NCBI GenBank assembly: GCA_965227515.1
Contig: CBDDFZ010000001.1
Location: 800,001-864,000, forward strand
DNA: 64,000 nucleotides
Direction of reading: 5' to 3'
From: Alphaproteobacteria bacterium
Lineage (GTDB): Bacteria; Pseudomonadota; Alphaproteobacteria; CALKHQ01
Shown: positions 27,979-38,255 of the stretch, piece by piece
Numbering within the stretch: position 1 is the stretch's first letter
Layout: each line of letters starts with the position of its first letter
The notes under the pieces: model-generated
The model's input: only the letters and a program-made list of their open reading frames with translations
Told to the model about the DNA's origin: nothing
Databases searched by the model: none
Position numbers and translations under genes: made by a program

Positions 27979-29832
27979 CTATTCGTCGTCGCCACCGTCG
28001 CCGTCAGACTCGGCGTCGTCGCCTTCGCCCTCGTCCTCGGCTGCATCCGCCACCCGGGTCGGGTCGCAGCGCTGGGTGGAGATGTTGACCGCCACGTCCT
28101 GGGCGCCGAGATAGCTGGTCAGCGCATTGCTGGCGATGGCGTAGGAGACGTGGCCGACCTCATTGGCGTCGACGTTGATGAAAGTGTTGATGCCGACCAC
28201 CCGGCCGCAGCGGTCGACCAGCGGGCCGCCGCTGTTGCCGCTGGAAATGACGGCGGTGTGCGCCACCACCGGCAGGCCGCCGCGCAGGGTCTGCATCACG
28301 CTGACCTCGCCGCTGGTGATCGCCAGGTCCGGCATTGCCGACAGATCGCCGCCCAGAAGCAGGTTCATGTTCTGGTCGTTGAGCACGATCAGTGCAGGGA
28401 AGCCGGCGGAGACCACGCTGTCCAGCTTCTCGACCGAGGTGGTGAACGACAGCGTCGTCGCCACGTTGGCGCCCTGCACCCGCAGCAGCGCGAAATCGGG
28501 CGTGCCCGGCTCGTTGGTCTCGGTGCGCGCCACCACGGTCGCCTGGGCAAGATGGCCCAGCGCCTGGCTGGCGACGAAAATCTCGTTCGGGCGTGCGCTC
28601 GCGACGACGTGGCTGTTGGTGGCCAACAGATCGGGCGCGACCCAGAACGCGGTGCCCATCTCGAAACCGGTACCGCGCGGCGTGGTGATGACCAAGGCGG
28701 CGGCCGCCTCCAGCAGGTCGACCAGGGTGCCGCTGTGCACCGGGCCGGCAGCCCCTTCCGGCGGCACCACTGGCGTGGTGGTCACCGGGGGGCCGAGCGG
28801 ATCGGCGATGCTGCACACATCCTCGTCCAGCGCGTCGCGCAGCCGGGCGATCTGGTCCTCGAGCTGCTCGTTGATCGCCTGCTGCACGGCGACCAGTTCC
28901 TCGACCTCCTCGGTGGTCAGGTCGGTCTCGTCGCCCTCATCGGCATCGGCAAGCGCGCCGCCGTTGCCATCATTGCCGTTGCTGCCATCGGCCCCGCCGG
29001 TCTGGCCGGGTGGGGTGTTGTCGGCCACCTGCTCGGCGCCATTGCCGGCGAACTCGCGGAAGGCGAGCCACGCGGCAACGCCGATCAGCAGGATCACGGC
29101 GGCACTGAACGCCCAGAACCAGGGCTGGCGATGCCACGGCCGGCGCTCCACCGGCGGTGGAGGCGGCGGCGGGAACGCGCCCAGCGGTGCGGCACCCCCC
29201 GGTTGACCCGGCTGTGCGGCTTGTGCGGCACCAGCCCCCATGCCAGCGGCAGCGGCACCCCCGGCCACGGCGGCACCGGTCGCGATGCCCGCGGCACCGC
29301 GGCGGCGCCCGGTCGACGGAATGCCGTGCTTCGGACGCTCCGCGGTCTGGTAGCGGCCCAGGGTCGCCTGGAAGTGGCGCTGCTGCGCGTCGGGATCGTC
29401 GCCGACGGCGGCGGGGACGAAGCCCCAGTTGGTCAGCACCACCTCGCCGTCGATGTAGTAGATGTCGGACTCGCCCGGCACCATCGTCGCCTGGCGCAGC
29501 AGCGGCCCGACCTCGGGATCGCGATAGTACTTGCCTATCTTGGCCAGCCGGTCGGCGAGCTGCGCCTCGGCCGCCGCGCGCGCGGAGCCTTCCAGTTCGG
29601 CGAAACTGACCATGTCGCCGCGCTGCGCGCTGTACCAGGAGATCTTGTCGCCGATACCGCCGTGCTCCTGCGCCATCACCGGCTCGGCGAACATGGTCGC
29701 GGCATCCGGGCCCAGCTTCTTGGTCAGGAACGCCTTCATCTGCTCATAGGCGCGCACGGCCGGGCGCCCGGCGGCCTGAAGGGCGTGGACATCGACGGTG
29801 GATGTCTTGCGAACGATACGTGGGTCAGCCAT
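27979..29832 (-). CDS. Membrane-anchored trypsin-like serine protease with SrfA-like N-terminal domain
   Basis: Catalytic triad ATNSHVV / PDFALL / GNSGGP, a central TM, and N-terminal FAEP...ISWY...VLTNWGF. Confidence 0.8.
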   Translation of the reverse strand: MADPRIVRKTSTVDVHALQAAGRPAVRAYEQMKAFLTKKLGPDAATMFAEPVMAQEHGGIGDKISWYSAQRGDMVSFAELEGSARAAAEAQLADRLAKIGKYYRDPEVGPLLRQATMVPGESDIYYIDGEVVLTNWGFVPAAVGDDPDAQQRHFQATLGRYQTAERPKHGIPSTGRRRGAAGIATGAAVAGGAAAAGMGAGAAQAAQPGQPGGAAPLGAFPPPPPPPVERRPWHRQPWFWAFSAAVILLIGVAAWLAFREFAGNGAEQVADNTPPGQTGGADGSNGNDGNGGALADADEGDETDLTTEEVEELVAVQQAINEQLEDQIARLRDALDEDVCSIADPLGPPVTTTPVVPPEGAAGPVHSGTLVDLLEAAAALVITTPRGTGFEMGTAFWVAPDLLATNSHVVASARPNEIFVASQALGHLAQATVVARTETNEPGTPDFALLRVQGANVATTLSFTTSVEKLDSVVSAGFPALIVLNDQNMNLLLGGDLSAMPDLAITSGEVSVMQTLRGGLPVVAHTAVISSGNSGGPLVDRCGRVVGINTFINVDANEVGHVSYAIASNALTSYLGAQDVAVNISTQRCDPTRVADAAEDEGEGDDAESDGDGGDDE

Positions 29833-29940
29833 CGCCGGGACGACCTTTCAATGAGTAGTCAGTCTATTTTGCCGCGTGGGGCCGGACGATGGTCAAGGAA
29901 TATGGTGGGAATGAGGCGCCAAGTACCCTGACTGACAAGC

Positions 29941-30024
29941 CTGCACCAGCCCTCTCCCCCACCCGACCGCCCGCTGAGCATACTGTCGTCGGGTGGCCGG
30001 GTGGGGGAGAGGGCCGGCGCCGAT
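29941..30024. repeat. Hairpin core of the CTAG/MITE-like family (copy B)
   Basis: CTGCACCAGCCCTCTCCCCCACCCG...CGGGTGGGGGAGAGGGCCGGCGCCGA. Confidence 0.8.
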
Positions 30025-30125
30025 TTCGTGATTGCAACAGGCAATCAATGCGAAGCGTCACCAACGCTTGAGCGGTGCCCGGTTCACCCGTAGTTTGCCG
30101 CAAACAGTAGGCGCAAGGAAACACC

Positions 30126-31883
30126 ATGGCAGATCGCGATCCGCAAACCCCCTCCCGCACCCGGTTGCAGCCGGAACAACTGCGCAGCCACCGCTGGTAC
30201 GGGGTGAAGGACCTGCGGTCGTTCGGCCACCGCTCGCGCACCAAGCAGATGGGCTTCGCCGCCGCAGACTATGCCGGGAAGCCGGTTATCGGCATCGTCA
30301 ACACGTGGTCCGACATCAATTCCTGCCATTCCCACTTCCCGCAGCGGGTGCAGGAGATCAAACGCGGCGTGTGGCAGGCCGGCGGCTTCCCCATCGAGCT
30401 GCCGGCAATGTCGCTCGGCGAGCCGTTCGTGAAGCCGACGACCATGCTCTATCGCAACTTCCTGGCGATGGAGACCGAGGAACTGCTGCGCTGCCACCCG
30501 ATTGACGGCGTGGTGCTGATGGGCGGCTGCGACAAGACCACGCCGGCGCTGTTGATGGGTGCCGCCTCGATGAACCTGCCGACGATCTATTTCCCGGCCG
30601 GGCCGATGCTGCGGGGCAACTGGCGCGGCAACACCCTGGGCAGCGGGTCGGACGTCTGGAAGTACTGGGCCGAGCTGCGCGCCGGCAACATCGACGAGGA
30701 CGAGTGGGCGGAGATCGAGGACGGCATCGCCCGCGCGCCGGGCACCTGCATGACCATGGGCACGGCGGCGACCATGATGTCGCTGGCCGATGCGCTGGGC
30801 ATCACCTTGCCGGGCCTGTCGTCGGTGCCCGCCGCCGACAGCCGCCACGCCCAGGGCGCCTCCATGACTGGGCGGCGGATCGTCGACATGGTGTGGGAGG
30901 ATGTGAAGGCGCGCGACATCCTGACCGCCGCCGCGTTCCGCAACGCGATCACCGTCGACATGGCCATCGGCGGGTCGACCAACGCCATCATCCACCTGAT
31001 GGCGATGGCGGGGCGCGCCGGGGTCGACCTGAAGCTCGACGACTTCGACGCCATCAGCCGCACCACGCCGCTGCTGGGCAATGTGCGCCCTTCCGGCAAG
31101 TACCTGATGGAGGACTTCTACTATGCCGGCGGCATCTCCGCGCTGATGAAGCAGCTCGGCGACGCGCTCGACCTCTCCTGCCGCACCGTGAACGGCAAGA
31201 CGCTGGGCGAGAACATCGCCCGCGCCGAGGTGTGGGAGGAGGACGTGATCCGCACCCCCGACCGCGCCATGGGCAAGGAGGGCGGCACCGCCATCCTGCG
31301 CGGCAACCTCGCCCCCGACGGTGCGGTGATCAAGCAGTCGGCGGCCGAACCGCACCTGCTGACCCACACCGGCCCGGCGGTGGTGTTCAAGGACTACAAC
31401 GACATGGCCGCGCGCATCGACAGCGACGACCTGGACGTGACGCCGGACAGCGTGCTGGTGCTGCAGTCGGCCGGTCCGCTGGGCGGCCCCGGCATGCCCG
31501 AATGGGGCCAGCTGCCGATCCCGCGGAAGATCCTGAAGCAGGGCGTGCGCGACATGGTGCGGATTTCCGACGCGCGGATGAGCGGTACGTCATACGGCAC
31601 CTGCGTGCTGCACGTGGCGCCGGAGAGCTTCGTCGGCGGGCCGCTGGCGCTGGTGCAAGACGGCGACATGATCACGCTTGACGTGCCGAACCGCGCGCTG
31701 ACGCTAAACATCAGCGACGAGGAGCTGCAGGCGCGCAAGGCGGCCTGGACCGCCCCGCCGCGCCAGTACCCGCGCGGCTATGGCGCCCTGTTCTCGCAGC
31801 ACGTGACCCAGGCCAACCAGGGCTGCGACTTCGACTTCCTGCACGAGACCGAGGAGGCCGTCACGGAACCGGAGATTCATTAG
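30126..31883 (+). CDS. IlvD/Edd-family sugar-acid dehydratase (L-arabinonate dehydratase-like)
   Basis: [31 protein letters not shown] and DARMSGT. Confidence 0.9.
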   Translation: MADRDPQTPSRTRLQPEQLRSHRWYGVKDLRSFGHRSRTKQMGFAAADYAGKPVIGIVNTWSDINSCHSHFPQRVQEIKRGVWQAGGFPIELPAMSLGEPFVKPTTMLYRNFLAMETEELLRCHPIDGVVLMGGCDKTTPALLMGAASMNLPTIYFPAGPMLRGNWRGNTLGSGSDVWKYWAELRAGNIDEDEWAEIEDGIARAPGTCMTMGTAATMMSLADALGITLPGLSSVPAADSRHAQGASMTGRRIVDMVWEDVKARDILTAAAFRNAITVDMAIGGSTNAIIHLMAMAGRAGVDLKLDDFDAISRTTPLLGNVRPSGKYLMEDFYYAGGISALMKQLGDALDLSCRTVNGKTLGENIARAEVWEEDVIRTPDRAMGKEGGTAILRGNLAPDGAVIKQSAAEPHLLTHTGPAVVFKDYNDMAARIDSDDLDVTPDSVLVLQSAGPLGGPGMPEWGQLPIPRKILKQGVRDMVRISDARMSGTSYGTCVLHVAPESFVGGPLALVQDGDMITLDVPNRALTLNISDEELQARKAAWTAPPRQYPRGYGALFSQHVTQANQGCDFDFLHETEEAVTEPEIH

Positions 31884-31908
31884 GTCCGATTCCGCCTGAA
31901 CGAGTTGG

Positions 31909-32086
31909 CCCTCACCCTCCCGTCCGGCCTTGCCGGCCGGGCCCCTCCCTCTCCCACTGCACGGGAGAGGGGTTGGAGGGCCGCCCTTCGCCCTCTCCCC
32001 TCGTGGGAGAGGGCGGGCCCCAAACCTGACCTTGGGCCGGCCTTCGGCCGGTCCCGAGGGCCGCTAGGTTTGGGAGGGTGAGGGGG
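31909..32086. repeat. Composite CCCTCACCC...GGGTGAGGG nested-hairpin repeat
   Basis: Terminal IR with internal CCCTCTCCC/GGGAGAGGG hairpins between convergent genes. Confidence 0.75.
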
Positions 32087-32094
32087 ACAATACG

Positions 32095-33039
32095 TTACGC
32101 TGCGGCCGAGGTAGGCAATTGTGCCTGGACCTCGACGTTGTCCGCTTCATCCTCCACCGACTCGTCTAACTTCAGTTGCGCCCGTTTCAGTGACCGCAAG
32201 TGGCCATGCAGCGCCTCGGCGTCGTAGCCGTGCATCATCAGCCGGAAGCCGGTCTGCAGGCTGGGCAGCGGCACCAGCGGATGGCGGTTCTTGACCAGCG
32301 CCAAGTGGTCGCCGGTGCCGAGAATGCGCGCGACGTAGATCGCGATGGTCTCGTCGAGTTGCAACGAATTGGCCGCGCGCTCGAACCCGCTGCGGCTGAG
32401 CAGCAGCAGGTAGAGCGGCGTGTAGAGCTCGATCGCGGTCTGCACGTCGATGAATCGCCACCAGCGCTTCGGCGGCACCTTGAAGTCGAATGCGCCATCG
32501 GTGATCGCCGAGAAGTTCACCCGGTCCGCAGGCACGATCTCGCGCTTTTGCGCCTTCAGCCCGGCGTTCAACTCGATGATGAAGTTGTAGAGGTTGAGGT
32601 CGTGCTGGACGAAGGTGTTGCCGAGCAGGTCCTCCAGACCGCGCGGGCGCAGCGGGTGGGCCTGGATGTCGACACCCGCCACGTTGTCGCGGATGAAGCC
32701 CAGGATCTCGGTGCCGACGTGGAAGTGGCGCAGGATCAGCATATTGGCTTCCGGCGTGCCGAACGCCTTCAGCCCCCAGTAGATCAGCCGGTGCAGCAGG
32801 CGCGGTGCCTGCGGCCAGCGCGGCATGATCCAGCGGAACACGTGGATCAGCACGAAGAAGGTCAGGATCAGCGGGCGGACAGCCGGCAGGAACCAGCGCC
32901 GGCACCAGCTCGCATTGCCTGAGATCAGCGCGTGCTTGGCCTGTGCGTCGACCGGCAGGCTTTCGTCCAGGGTCAGGGCCAGCCAAGGGTCGGGGTCGGT
33001 GCGGTCGAACCCGGCGATGCCGCTCTCGCGATCAGACAT
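32095..33039 (-). CDS. Conserved hypothetical protein (probably DUF6999-type)
   Basis: Overlaps the upstream oxidase gene. Motifs ILRHFH, HDLNLYNF, ANSLQLDE and MHGYDAE.LH. Family name recalled, not searched. Confidence 0.7.
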   Translation of the reverse strand: MSDRESGIAGFDRTDPDPWLALTLDESLPVDAQAKHALISGNASWCRRWFLPAVRPLILTFFVLIHVFRWIMPRWPQAPRLLHRLIYWGLKAFGTPEANMLILRHFHVGTEILGFIRDNVAGVDIQAHPLRPRGLEDLLGNTFVQHDLNLYNFIIELNAGLKAQKREIVPADRVNFSAITDGAFDFKVPPKRWWRFIDVQTAIELYTPLYLLLLSRSGFERAANSLQLDETIAIYVARILGTGDHLALVKNRHPLVPLPSLQTGFRLMMHGYDAEALHGHLRSLKRAQLKLDESVEDEADNVEVQAQLPTSAAA

Positions 33040-33724
33040 TGTCGATCTCCTCCAGCTGCAGCACGTAGAGTCGCGCCGTCACCTTGGCGGTCTTGACCAC
33101 AGCGGCCGCGGTCGCTTCATCGGTCACCGCCTCGCCCAGGGCCGCCTGGAACTCGCCCATGTGGTCGCCGTCGTGGGCGCCATGGTGGAGCAGGAAGCTC
33201 ACCGCATCGTCGCCGAGGCCGAGCTGGTCGCGGATCGCCTCGCCCCACGCCTGTGCCTTGTGCGCGCCCAGCCCCTCGATCACGAACATCGCGCCCAAGA
33301 GGTCGAACGGATCGGGGCGGGAGGCGCGGTGATACATCCAGGCGGACAGCGCCTCGGCCCCGATGTTCTTCGGCGCCGCGCGGATGTCGTCCAGAGCGCC
33401 GCCGACCGCGACGTAGTTGTCCTCCAGCATGCGGAAGTCGCGGTGCTCGGTCAGCGCGTGGCGCAGGAAGCGGGTGCGCAGCGTGCCGCGCACGGGGTCG
33501 ATGTTGCTGGCCGCGCGCGCGATCCAGCCCGCGCCCTCCACCACCTGCTGGCGATGGTTGCGCAGGAACGCCAGATAATCGGCACGCCTCAGCGCGCCGC
33601 GGTTGAGGCGCTCGATCAGCGGCACCCGGTCGAGCGCGGCTTCCATGTCGGCCCAGACCACCGCCAGCCCGCGCATGAGGGCAGGGATCGACGGTGCGGC
33701 GCACTTCTTTTCCATATGAGTCAT
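33032..33724 (-). CDS. Heme-oxygenase-like iron-containing redox enzyme (HDO / TenA-PqqC-CADD fold)
   Basis: QVVEG, RHALTEHRD, FVIEGLG and HGAHDGDH form an E/H/E/H/D/H-type diiron ligand pattern. Confidence 0.8.
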   Translation of the reverse strand: MTHMEKKCAAPSIPALMRGLAVVWADMEAALDRVPLIERLNRGALRRADYLAFLRNHRQQVVEGAGWIARAASNIDPVRGTLRTRFLRHALTEHRDFRMLEDNYVAVGGALDDIRAAPKNIGAEALSAWMYHRASRPDPFDLLGAMFVIEGLGAHKAQAWGEAIRDQLGLGDDAVSFLLHHGAHDGDHMGEFQAALGEAVTDEATAAAVVKTAKVTARLYVLQLEEIDNV

Positions 33725-33725
33725 C

Positions 33726-34874
33726 TCAAACCACCGTCAGCAGCATGAACGAGACGATGCCGCGCCCGCTCTCCGGCACCACGCACAGGATGCGCTGCCC
33801 GGCCTCGAGCGCGCCGGAATAGAACAGCTCCTCGATCATGATGAAGAGGGCGGCGGCCCCGGTGTTGCCCTTGGTCGCCAGGTTGGAGAACCAGCGCTCC
33901 TCCGGGACCATCGCGTCGGTGGCGCTGAGCAAGCGCACCAGTTCCTCGCGCAGCGAATGCGCGGAGTAGTGGCAGAGCTTCCAGTCGATGGCGTCGGGCT
34001 CGATATGGCCGTCGTCGACCGCGCGCAGGTACTCGCCGACCCAGGCGCGCATCATCCGTTTCAAGAGCGCGAAGTCCTGCAACAGCATGACCGCGCCGTC
34101 CCGCGCCGCGTCTGCAGGGCTGGCATAGTGGCTCCACGGCTGGCCCGGCACCTCGGCGCTGGCCGGCGCGCGGCCGGCGTACATGCAGGGCTCGAACCGG
34201 TCGGCGAGCGAGACCAGGCTCATCCAGTCGACCCTGAGCGACGGCCCGTGCTCGTTCGGCGTCGGCTCCATCACCAGCGCGCCGGCGCCGTCCGACAGCG
34301 TCCAGCGCAGGAACTCCGCCGACATCCGCGTGGCGTCGTCGGCCAGCACGGGTGCGGCGTCGTGATAGAAGCCGGGCTGGAACCAGCGGCTGGAGAACTC
34401 GCTGCCGGTGACGACGGCGGCCTGGCGCTCGCCCGCGCCGACCATCAGCGACGCCATCCGCACCGCCATCATCGAACTGGCGCACACGCTCTGGAAGCTC
34501 GCCACTTCCAGGGCACCAATGCCCATCTCGGCCCCCATCTCAGCATGAACGGCACTGGCATGCCCCGGCACCAGGGCATCGCCCTGGGTAGTGGCGGCGG
34601 CCAGGAAGTCGACCTCGCCGCGCGCGACTTCGGCCCGGCCGAGCGCGGCGTTGGCCGCCCGCGCCGCCATTCCGGCATTGGTGTGGCACGTCGTGCCGTC
34701 CGGCTTGATGGCGTAGTGGCGGGTGGCGATCCGGTTCTGGCGCAGGACCATGCGGCCCAGCCGTTGCGAGCGGTCGTCTATCGCGCCGATGTAGTCGATC
34801 ATGCGCTCGTTCGTCACCGGCGCGCCGGGCAGGTACCTGCCGGCCGCGGTGATGTAGCAATGGGTGTTTCTCAT
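33726..34874 (-). CDS. 3-oxoacyl-ACP synthase III-like condensing enzyme (DarB/StlD-like)
   Basis: Cys-His-Asn triad (QSVCAS, LCHYSA, KGNTGA), EFLRWTLSDGAGA and VPESGR. GAGG RBS before ATG 34874. Confidence 0.88.
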   Translation of the reverse strand: MRNTHCYITAAGRYLPGAPVTNERMIDYIGAIDDRSQRLGRMVLRQNRIATRHYAIKPDGTTCHTNAGMAARAANAALGRAEVARGEVDFLAAATTQGDALVPGHASAVHAEMGAEMGIGALEVASFQSVCASSMMAVRMASLMVGAGERQAAVVTGSEFSSRWFQPGFYHDAAPVLADDATRMSAEFLRWTLSDGAGALVMEPTPNEHGPSLRVDWMSLVSLADRFEPCMYAGRAPASAEVPGQPWSHYASPADAARDGAVMLLQDFALLKRMMRAWVGEYLRAVDDGHIEPDAIDWKLCHYSAHSLREELVRLLSATDAMVPEERWFSNLATKGNTGAAALFIMIEELFYSGALEAGQRILCVVPESGRGIVSFMLLTVV

Positions 34875-34890
34875 GCCGTCCTCGACCAAA

Positions 34891-34939
34891 TGAACAACGT
34901 TCAGTTTTGCCATATAGGTATAATTGAACGTTGTTCAAT
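34891..34939. promoter_or_regulatory. Two TGAAC-N3-GTTCA operators, likely TetR sites
   Basis: TGAACAACGTTCA at 34891-34903 and its exact reverse complement at 34925-34937, in the AT-rich KAS III promoter region. Confidence 0.72.
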
Positions 34940-35011
34940 AACGGAGCCGCGTCAGGCATGAGGAATTTTCGTGGCCGAATGGGGCAGCGATAGGAGCGGC
35001 CCGGGGCCGCC

Positions 35012-35632
35012 TCAGAGAGCTGGTGCCCGGCGGGCGGCAAGACCGGGCAAATAGGCCTCGATCAGCGCGTCGATCAGGCTGTCGACGCTATCCTCGCGAT
35101 GCATGCCGCCCTGGGCGGCGAGGATGCAGATGCCGTGCAGCGCGCTCCACAGCACGCGGGCGTGGCGGCGCAATGCCGCGCGTTCCGCCGGGTCGTCGTC
35201 GGGCCGGAAATATCCCGCGATGGCCCGCTCGGCCAGCGCCAGCGGGCGCTCGACCTTTTCGCCGTACCAGTCGGCAAGCGGCAGGTCGCGGGTGGAGGGC
35301 GCCTCGATCACCGCACCCCAGCGGCCCGGGTTGTGTGCGATGAAGGCGACGTAGCGCCGTGCCAGCTCGCGCAACTGCTCCTCGGCCGTCTCGCCCGCCG
35401 GGGTTGCGGTCAGCGCGGCATAGAGGTCGTCCAGCGTGCGCGCGTTCGCCCGCGCGATCAGCTCGTCGAGGTTGTCGTAGATGTTGTAGAGGGTGCCGAT
35501 GGTGTAGCCCATGCGCTCGGCGACCGCGCGGGCGGTGACGGCACGCAGCCCGCCCTGTGCCGCCAGCGCGGTGGCGGCATCCAGGGCCAGATCGCGTTTC
35601 TGTTCCAAGGTGTGGTCGGACCGGCGGGCCAT
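35012..35632 (-). CDS. TetR family regulator with WHG-type C-terminal domain
   Basis: VTARAVAERMGYTIGTLYN and LWSALHGI. Confidence 0.9.
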   Translation of the reverse strand: MARRSDHTLEQKRDLALDAATALAAQGGLRAVTARAVAERMGYTIGTLYNIYDNLDELIARANARTLDDLYAALTATPAGETAEEQLRELARRYVAFIAHNPGRWGAVIEAPSTRDLPLADWYGEKVERPLALAERAIAGYFRPDDDPAERAALRRHARVLWSALHGICILAAQGGMHREDSVDSLIDALIEAYLPGLAARRAPAL

Positions 35633-35761
35633 GGGACTCCTTGAAGGCGATGATGCGCCAGCCTAGCCGGTTCGGCCTGCCGCCGTCACTGTTGGCCGCA
35701 TCGCGGCGGCCGAAAACGAAACGGCACGGCCGAAGCCGTGCCGATTGTTGCCAATGCGCAG

Positions 35762-35857
35762 TCTGTGCCAGCCCTCTCCCCCACCCGGCCACCCAGCAAG
35801 CATACTGTCGTTGGGTGGCCGGGTGAGGAGAGGCCCGATGCGGACTTCAATGACTAG
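35762..35857. repeat. Hairpin core of the CTAG/MITE-like family (copy C)
   Basis: CCAGCCCTCTCCCCCACCCGGCCACCCA...TGGGTGGCCGGGTGAGGAGAGG, ending near a CTAG. Confidence 0.8.
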
Positions 35858-35860
35858 AAC

Positions 35861-37921
35861 CTATCCGGCGCGCACCTTGGCGACGAAGGCATCGACCTCA
35901 TAGGCCAGGGTCTCGGCCTGCTGCGACAGGTCGGTCGCGGCCTCCACCATGGTTCCGGCGGCTTGCCCGGCGTCCTCTGCCGACATGCTCACCTGGCCGA
36001 TGTTGTCGGTCACCTCCTGGGTGCCCTGGGCCGCGTCCTGCACGCTGCGTGCGATCTCCTGGGTCGCCGAGCCCTGCTCGTTCATCGCCGCGGCGATCGC
36101 CGACGCGATCTCGCTGACCTCGCCGACGGTCTGTCCGATCGCGCGGATCGCTTCCGCCGCATTGCCGGTGGCGCTTTGGATCGAGGCCACTTGCTGCGAG
36201 ATGTCGTTGGTAGCTCGCGCGGTCTGGTTGGCCAGGCTCTTCACCTCGCTGGCTACCACCGCGAAGCCCTTGCCGGCCTCGCCAGCGCGCGCCGCCTCAA
36301 TGGTGGCGTTCAGGGCCAGCAGGTTGGTCTGCTCGGCGATCTCGCCGATCAGGCGCACGACCTCGCCGATCTCCTGCGCGGCGTCGACCAGACTGGTCAC
36401 TTCGGCATCGGTCTGCTCGGCCTTGCGCGCACCTTCCGCGGCGATCTCCGAGGCGCGGGTGACCTGGCTGCCGATCTCGGTCACCGAGGCATTCAGCTCC
36501 TCGGTGGCACTGGCAACCGTCTGGACGTTGCCGCTCATCTGCTGCGCCGCGGTCGCGACGGAGCCGGAACGGTTCTTGGTGTCCTCCGCGTTGCCGGCGA
36601 CCGATTCCGCCATCGCCTTCACCTCGGTGAAGGCGGCGGCCACGGCGTCGACCACGCCCTTCACCGACGACTCGAAACTGTCGGCCAATTCGGTGACGGC
36701 ACGGCGGCGCTCGGCCTCGGTGCGCTTCTCGGCCTCCGCCTGCTCCGCGCGCAGGCGATCCATCTCGATCATGTTGTCGCGGAACACGACCACGGCGCGC
36801 TCGATATCGGCCACCTCGTCACGCCCGGTCGGCTGCTCGATGCCGATATCGGTATTGCCGTCGGCAAGCTCGGTGACCGCCGCCGTGACACGCCCCAGCG
36901 GACGGGTGATGCTGCGCACGATCACGACGCACAGAAACGCCGTCACGACAAGCAGCACGGCCGAGAGCCCGAGCTTGAACACGACCATCTCATTGGCGGC
37001 GTCCTCGAGCACAGTGGCCTCGTGAGACAGGTCGCCGGCGACATGGTCCTCGACCTCTTTCATCAGGTCGATCTTGCCGGTCATGGCCGCCAACCACGCC
37101 ACAGCCTCGACGCCGCCGGTGTGGCCGACCTCGACGCTTTCCAGTGCCGCTTGCCGCATCGCCTCGACCTCGCCGACGACGGGATCGGACATGGCATGCT
37201 CCATGTGCTCGACTTCGGCGGGCAGCGCATGGGTCACGAAGACATCCTGGAACGTCTCCTGCATGGCGATCAGGCTCACGAAGTTGCGATAGAGTGCCGG
37301 ATTGAATTCACCGGCCGCGAACCCAGCCGCGCCCATCGCGCGTTCCTGTCCGGCCCGTTCCTTGGCCTGCAGATAGGCGGTGTACGCCGCGATCTCGTTC
37401 AGGACGGTCACGTCGCTGGCGAGCGCCTTCATCGACTCAACGATGTCCAGGAGGTCAGAAATCGTTCCGGTGTAGTAGCCCGCCATCTCCGGCACGGTCG
37501 CGGCGGTGTCGGACACGGCACCGCGCATGTTGTCCAGCTCCGTCAGCCGGGCCATTGCAACGTCGATGCGACGGGCGAACTCGGCGTCGTAGCCATCGAA
37601 TTCGAACGCCGCGAGCGCGCCCTCAAGGTTGGCAATCCGCTGATCGGTCGCGTCGCGTTGCCCCGGCAGGCTGTCGGCAAAGCTGGCGCCGCCGCTACTG
37701 ATGAAACCGGCGGACATGCCGCGTTCCTTCTGCAGCTCGTGCACGACCTCGCTGACGCTGGGCGCCAGATCGGTCAGCTTATGAAGACGCGCCATGCGAC
37801 TGGATTCGCTCAATGCGTCCATCACCTGCATGGCTGTGAACACCAACATGGCCAAGACCGGGACCAGGATCGCGACCGCGATACGCGTGCCGATCTTGAA
37901 CCGGGACAGTACTTTCGTCAT
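35861..37921 (-). CDS. Methyl-accepting chemotaxis protein with NIT (nitrate/nitrite-sensing-type) domain
   Basis: [11 protein letters not shown] and [10 protein letters not shown] (NIT), HAMP, and [34 protein letters not shown]. Confidence 0.92.
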   Translation of the reverse strand: MTKVLSRFKIGTRIAVAILVPVLAMLVFTAMQVMDALSESSRMARLHKLTDLAPSVSEVVHELQKERGMSAGFISSGGASFADSLPGQRDATDQRIANLEGALAAFEFDGYDAEFARRIDVAMARLTELDNMRGAVSDTAATVPEMAGYYTGTISDLLDIVESMKALASDVTVLNEIAAYTAYLQAKERAGQERAMGAAGFAAGEFNPALYRNFVSLIAMQETFQDVFVTHALPAEVEHMEHAMSDPVVGEVEAMRQAALESVEVGHTGGVEAVAWLAAMTGKIDLMKEVEDHVAGDLSHEATVLEDAANEMVVFKLGLSAVLLVVTAFLCVVIVRSITRPLGRVTAAVTELADGNTDIGIEQPTGRDEVADIERAVVVFRDNMIEMDRLRAEQAEAEKRTEAERRRAVTELADSFESSVKGVVDAVAAAFTEVKAMAESVAGNAEDTKNRSGSVATAAQQMSGNVQTVASATEELNASVTEIGSQVTRASEIAAEGARKAEQTDAEVTSLVDAAQEIGEVVRLIGEIAEQTNLLALNATIEAARAGEAGKGFAVVASEVKSLANQTARATNDISQQVASIQSATGNAAEAIRAIGQTVGEVSEIASAIAAAMNEQGSATQEIARSVQDAAQGTQEVTDNIGQVSMSAEDAGQAAGTMVEAATDLSQQAETLAYEVDAFVAKVRAG

Positions 37922-38073
37922 CGAGATATCAACCTTTCCGCAACGTCGGGGAGGCGTCTGCACCTACGCTGGCTGCACACCGCGCGGCATCGCCAATCCC
38001 TGGAACACATGCGGGGCGGACCATCGCTCAGTGGCCTCACTCCCCCATCGAACGGGGGTCGTATCACTGGGCC

Positions 38074-38090
38074 GGTTAAGGACTGCCTAA
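38074..38090 (-). promoter_or_regulatory. CtrA-like box TTAG-N7-TTAACC upstream of the MCP
   Basis: One mismatch to TTAA-N7-TTAAC. CtrA controls chemotaxis genes in alphaproteobacteria. Confidence 0.5.
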
Positions 38091-38255
38091 ATAATAGTCA
38101 AACGAGCACTGCGTGGTAATACGAACGACCTCTCTGACACGGTAAAGTTGGCTATTGCTGCGGGGTATACGATCAATGCGTGTATCATGAATTGGGGCGG
38201 CCCCTGATTGCCGCCCCAATGAATGCTTGCGGTATGGAAGTCTTGAGTGGGTCCG

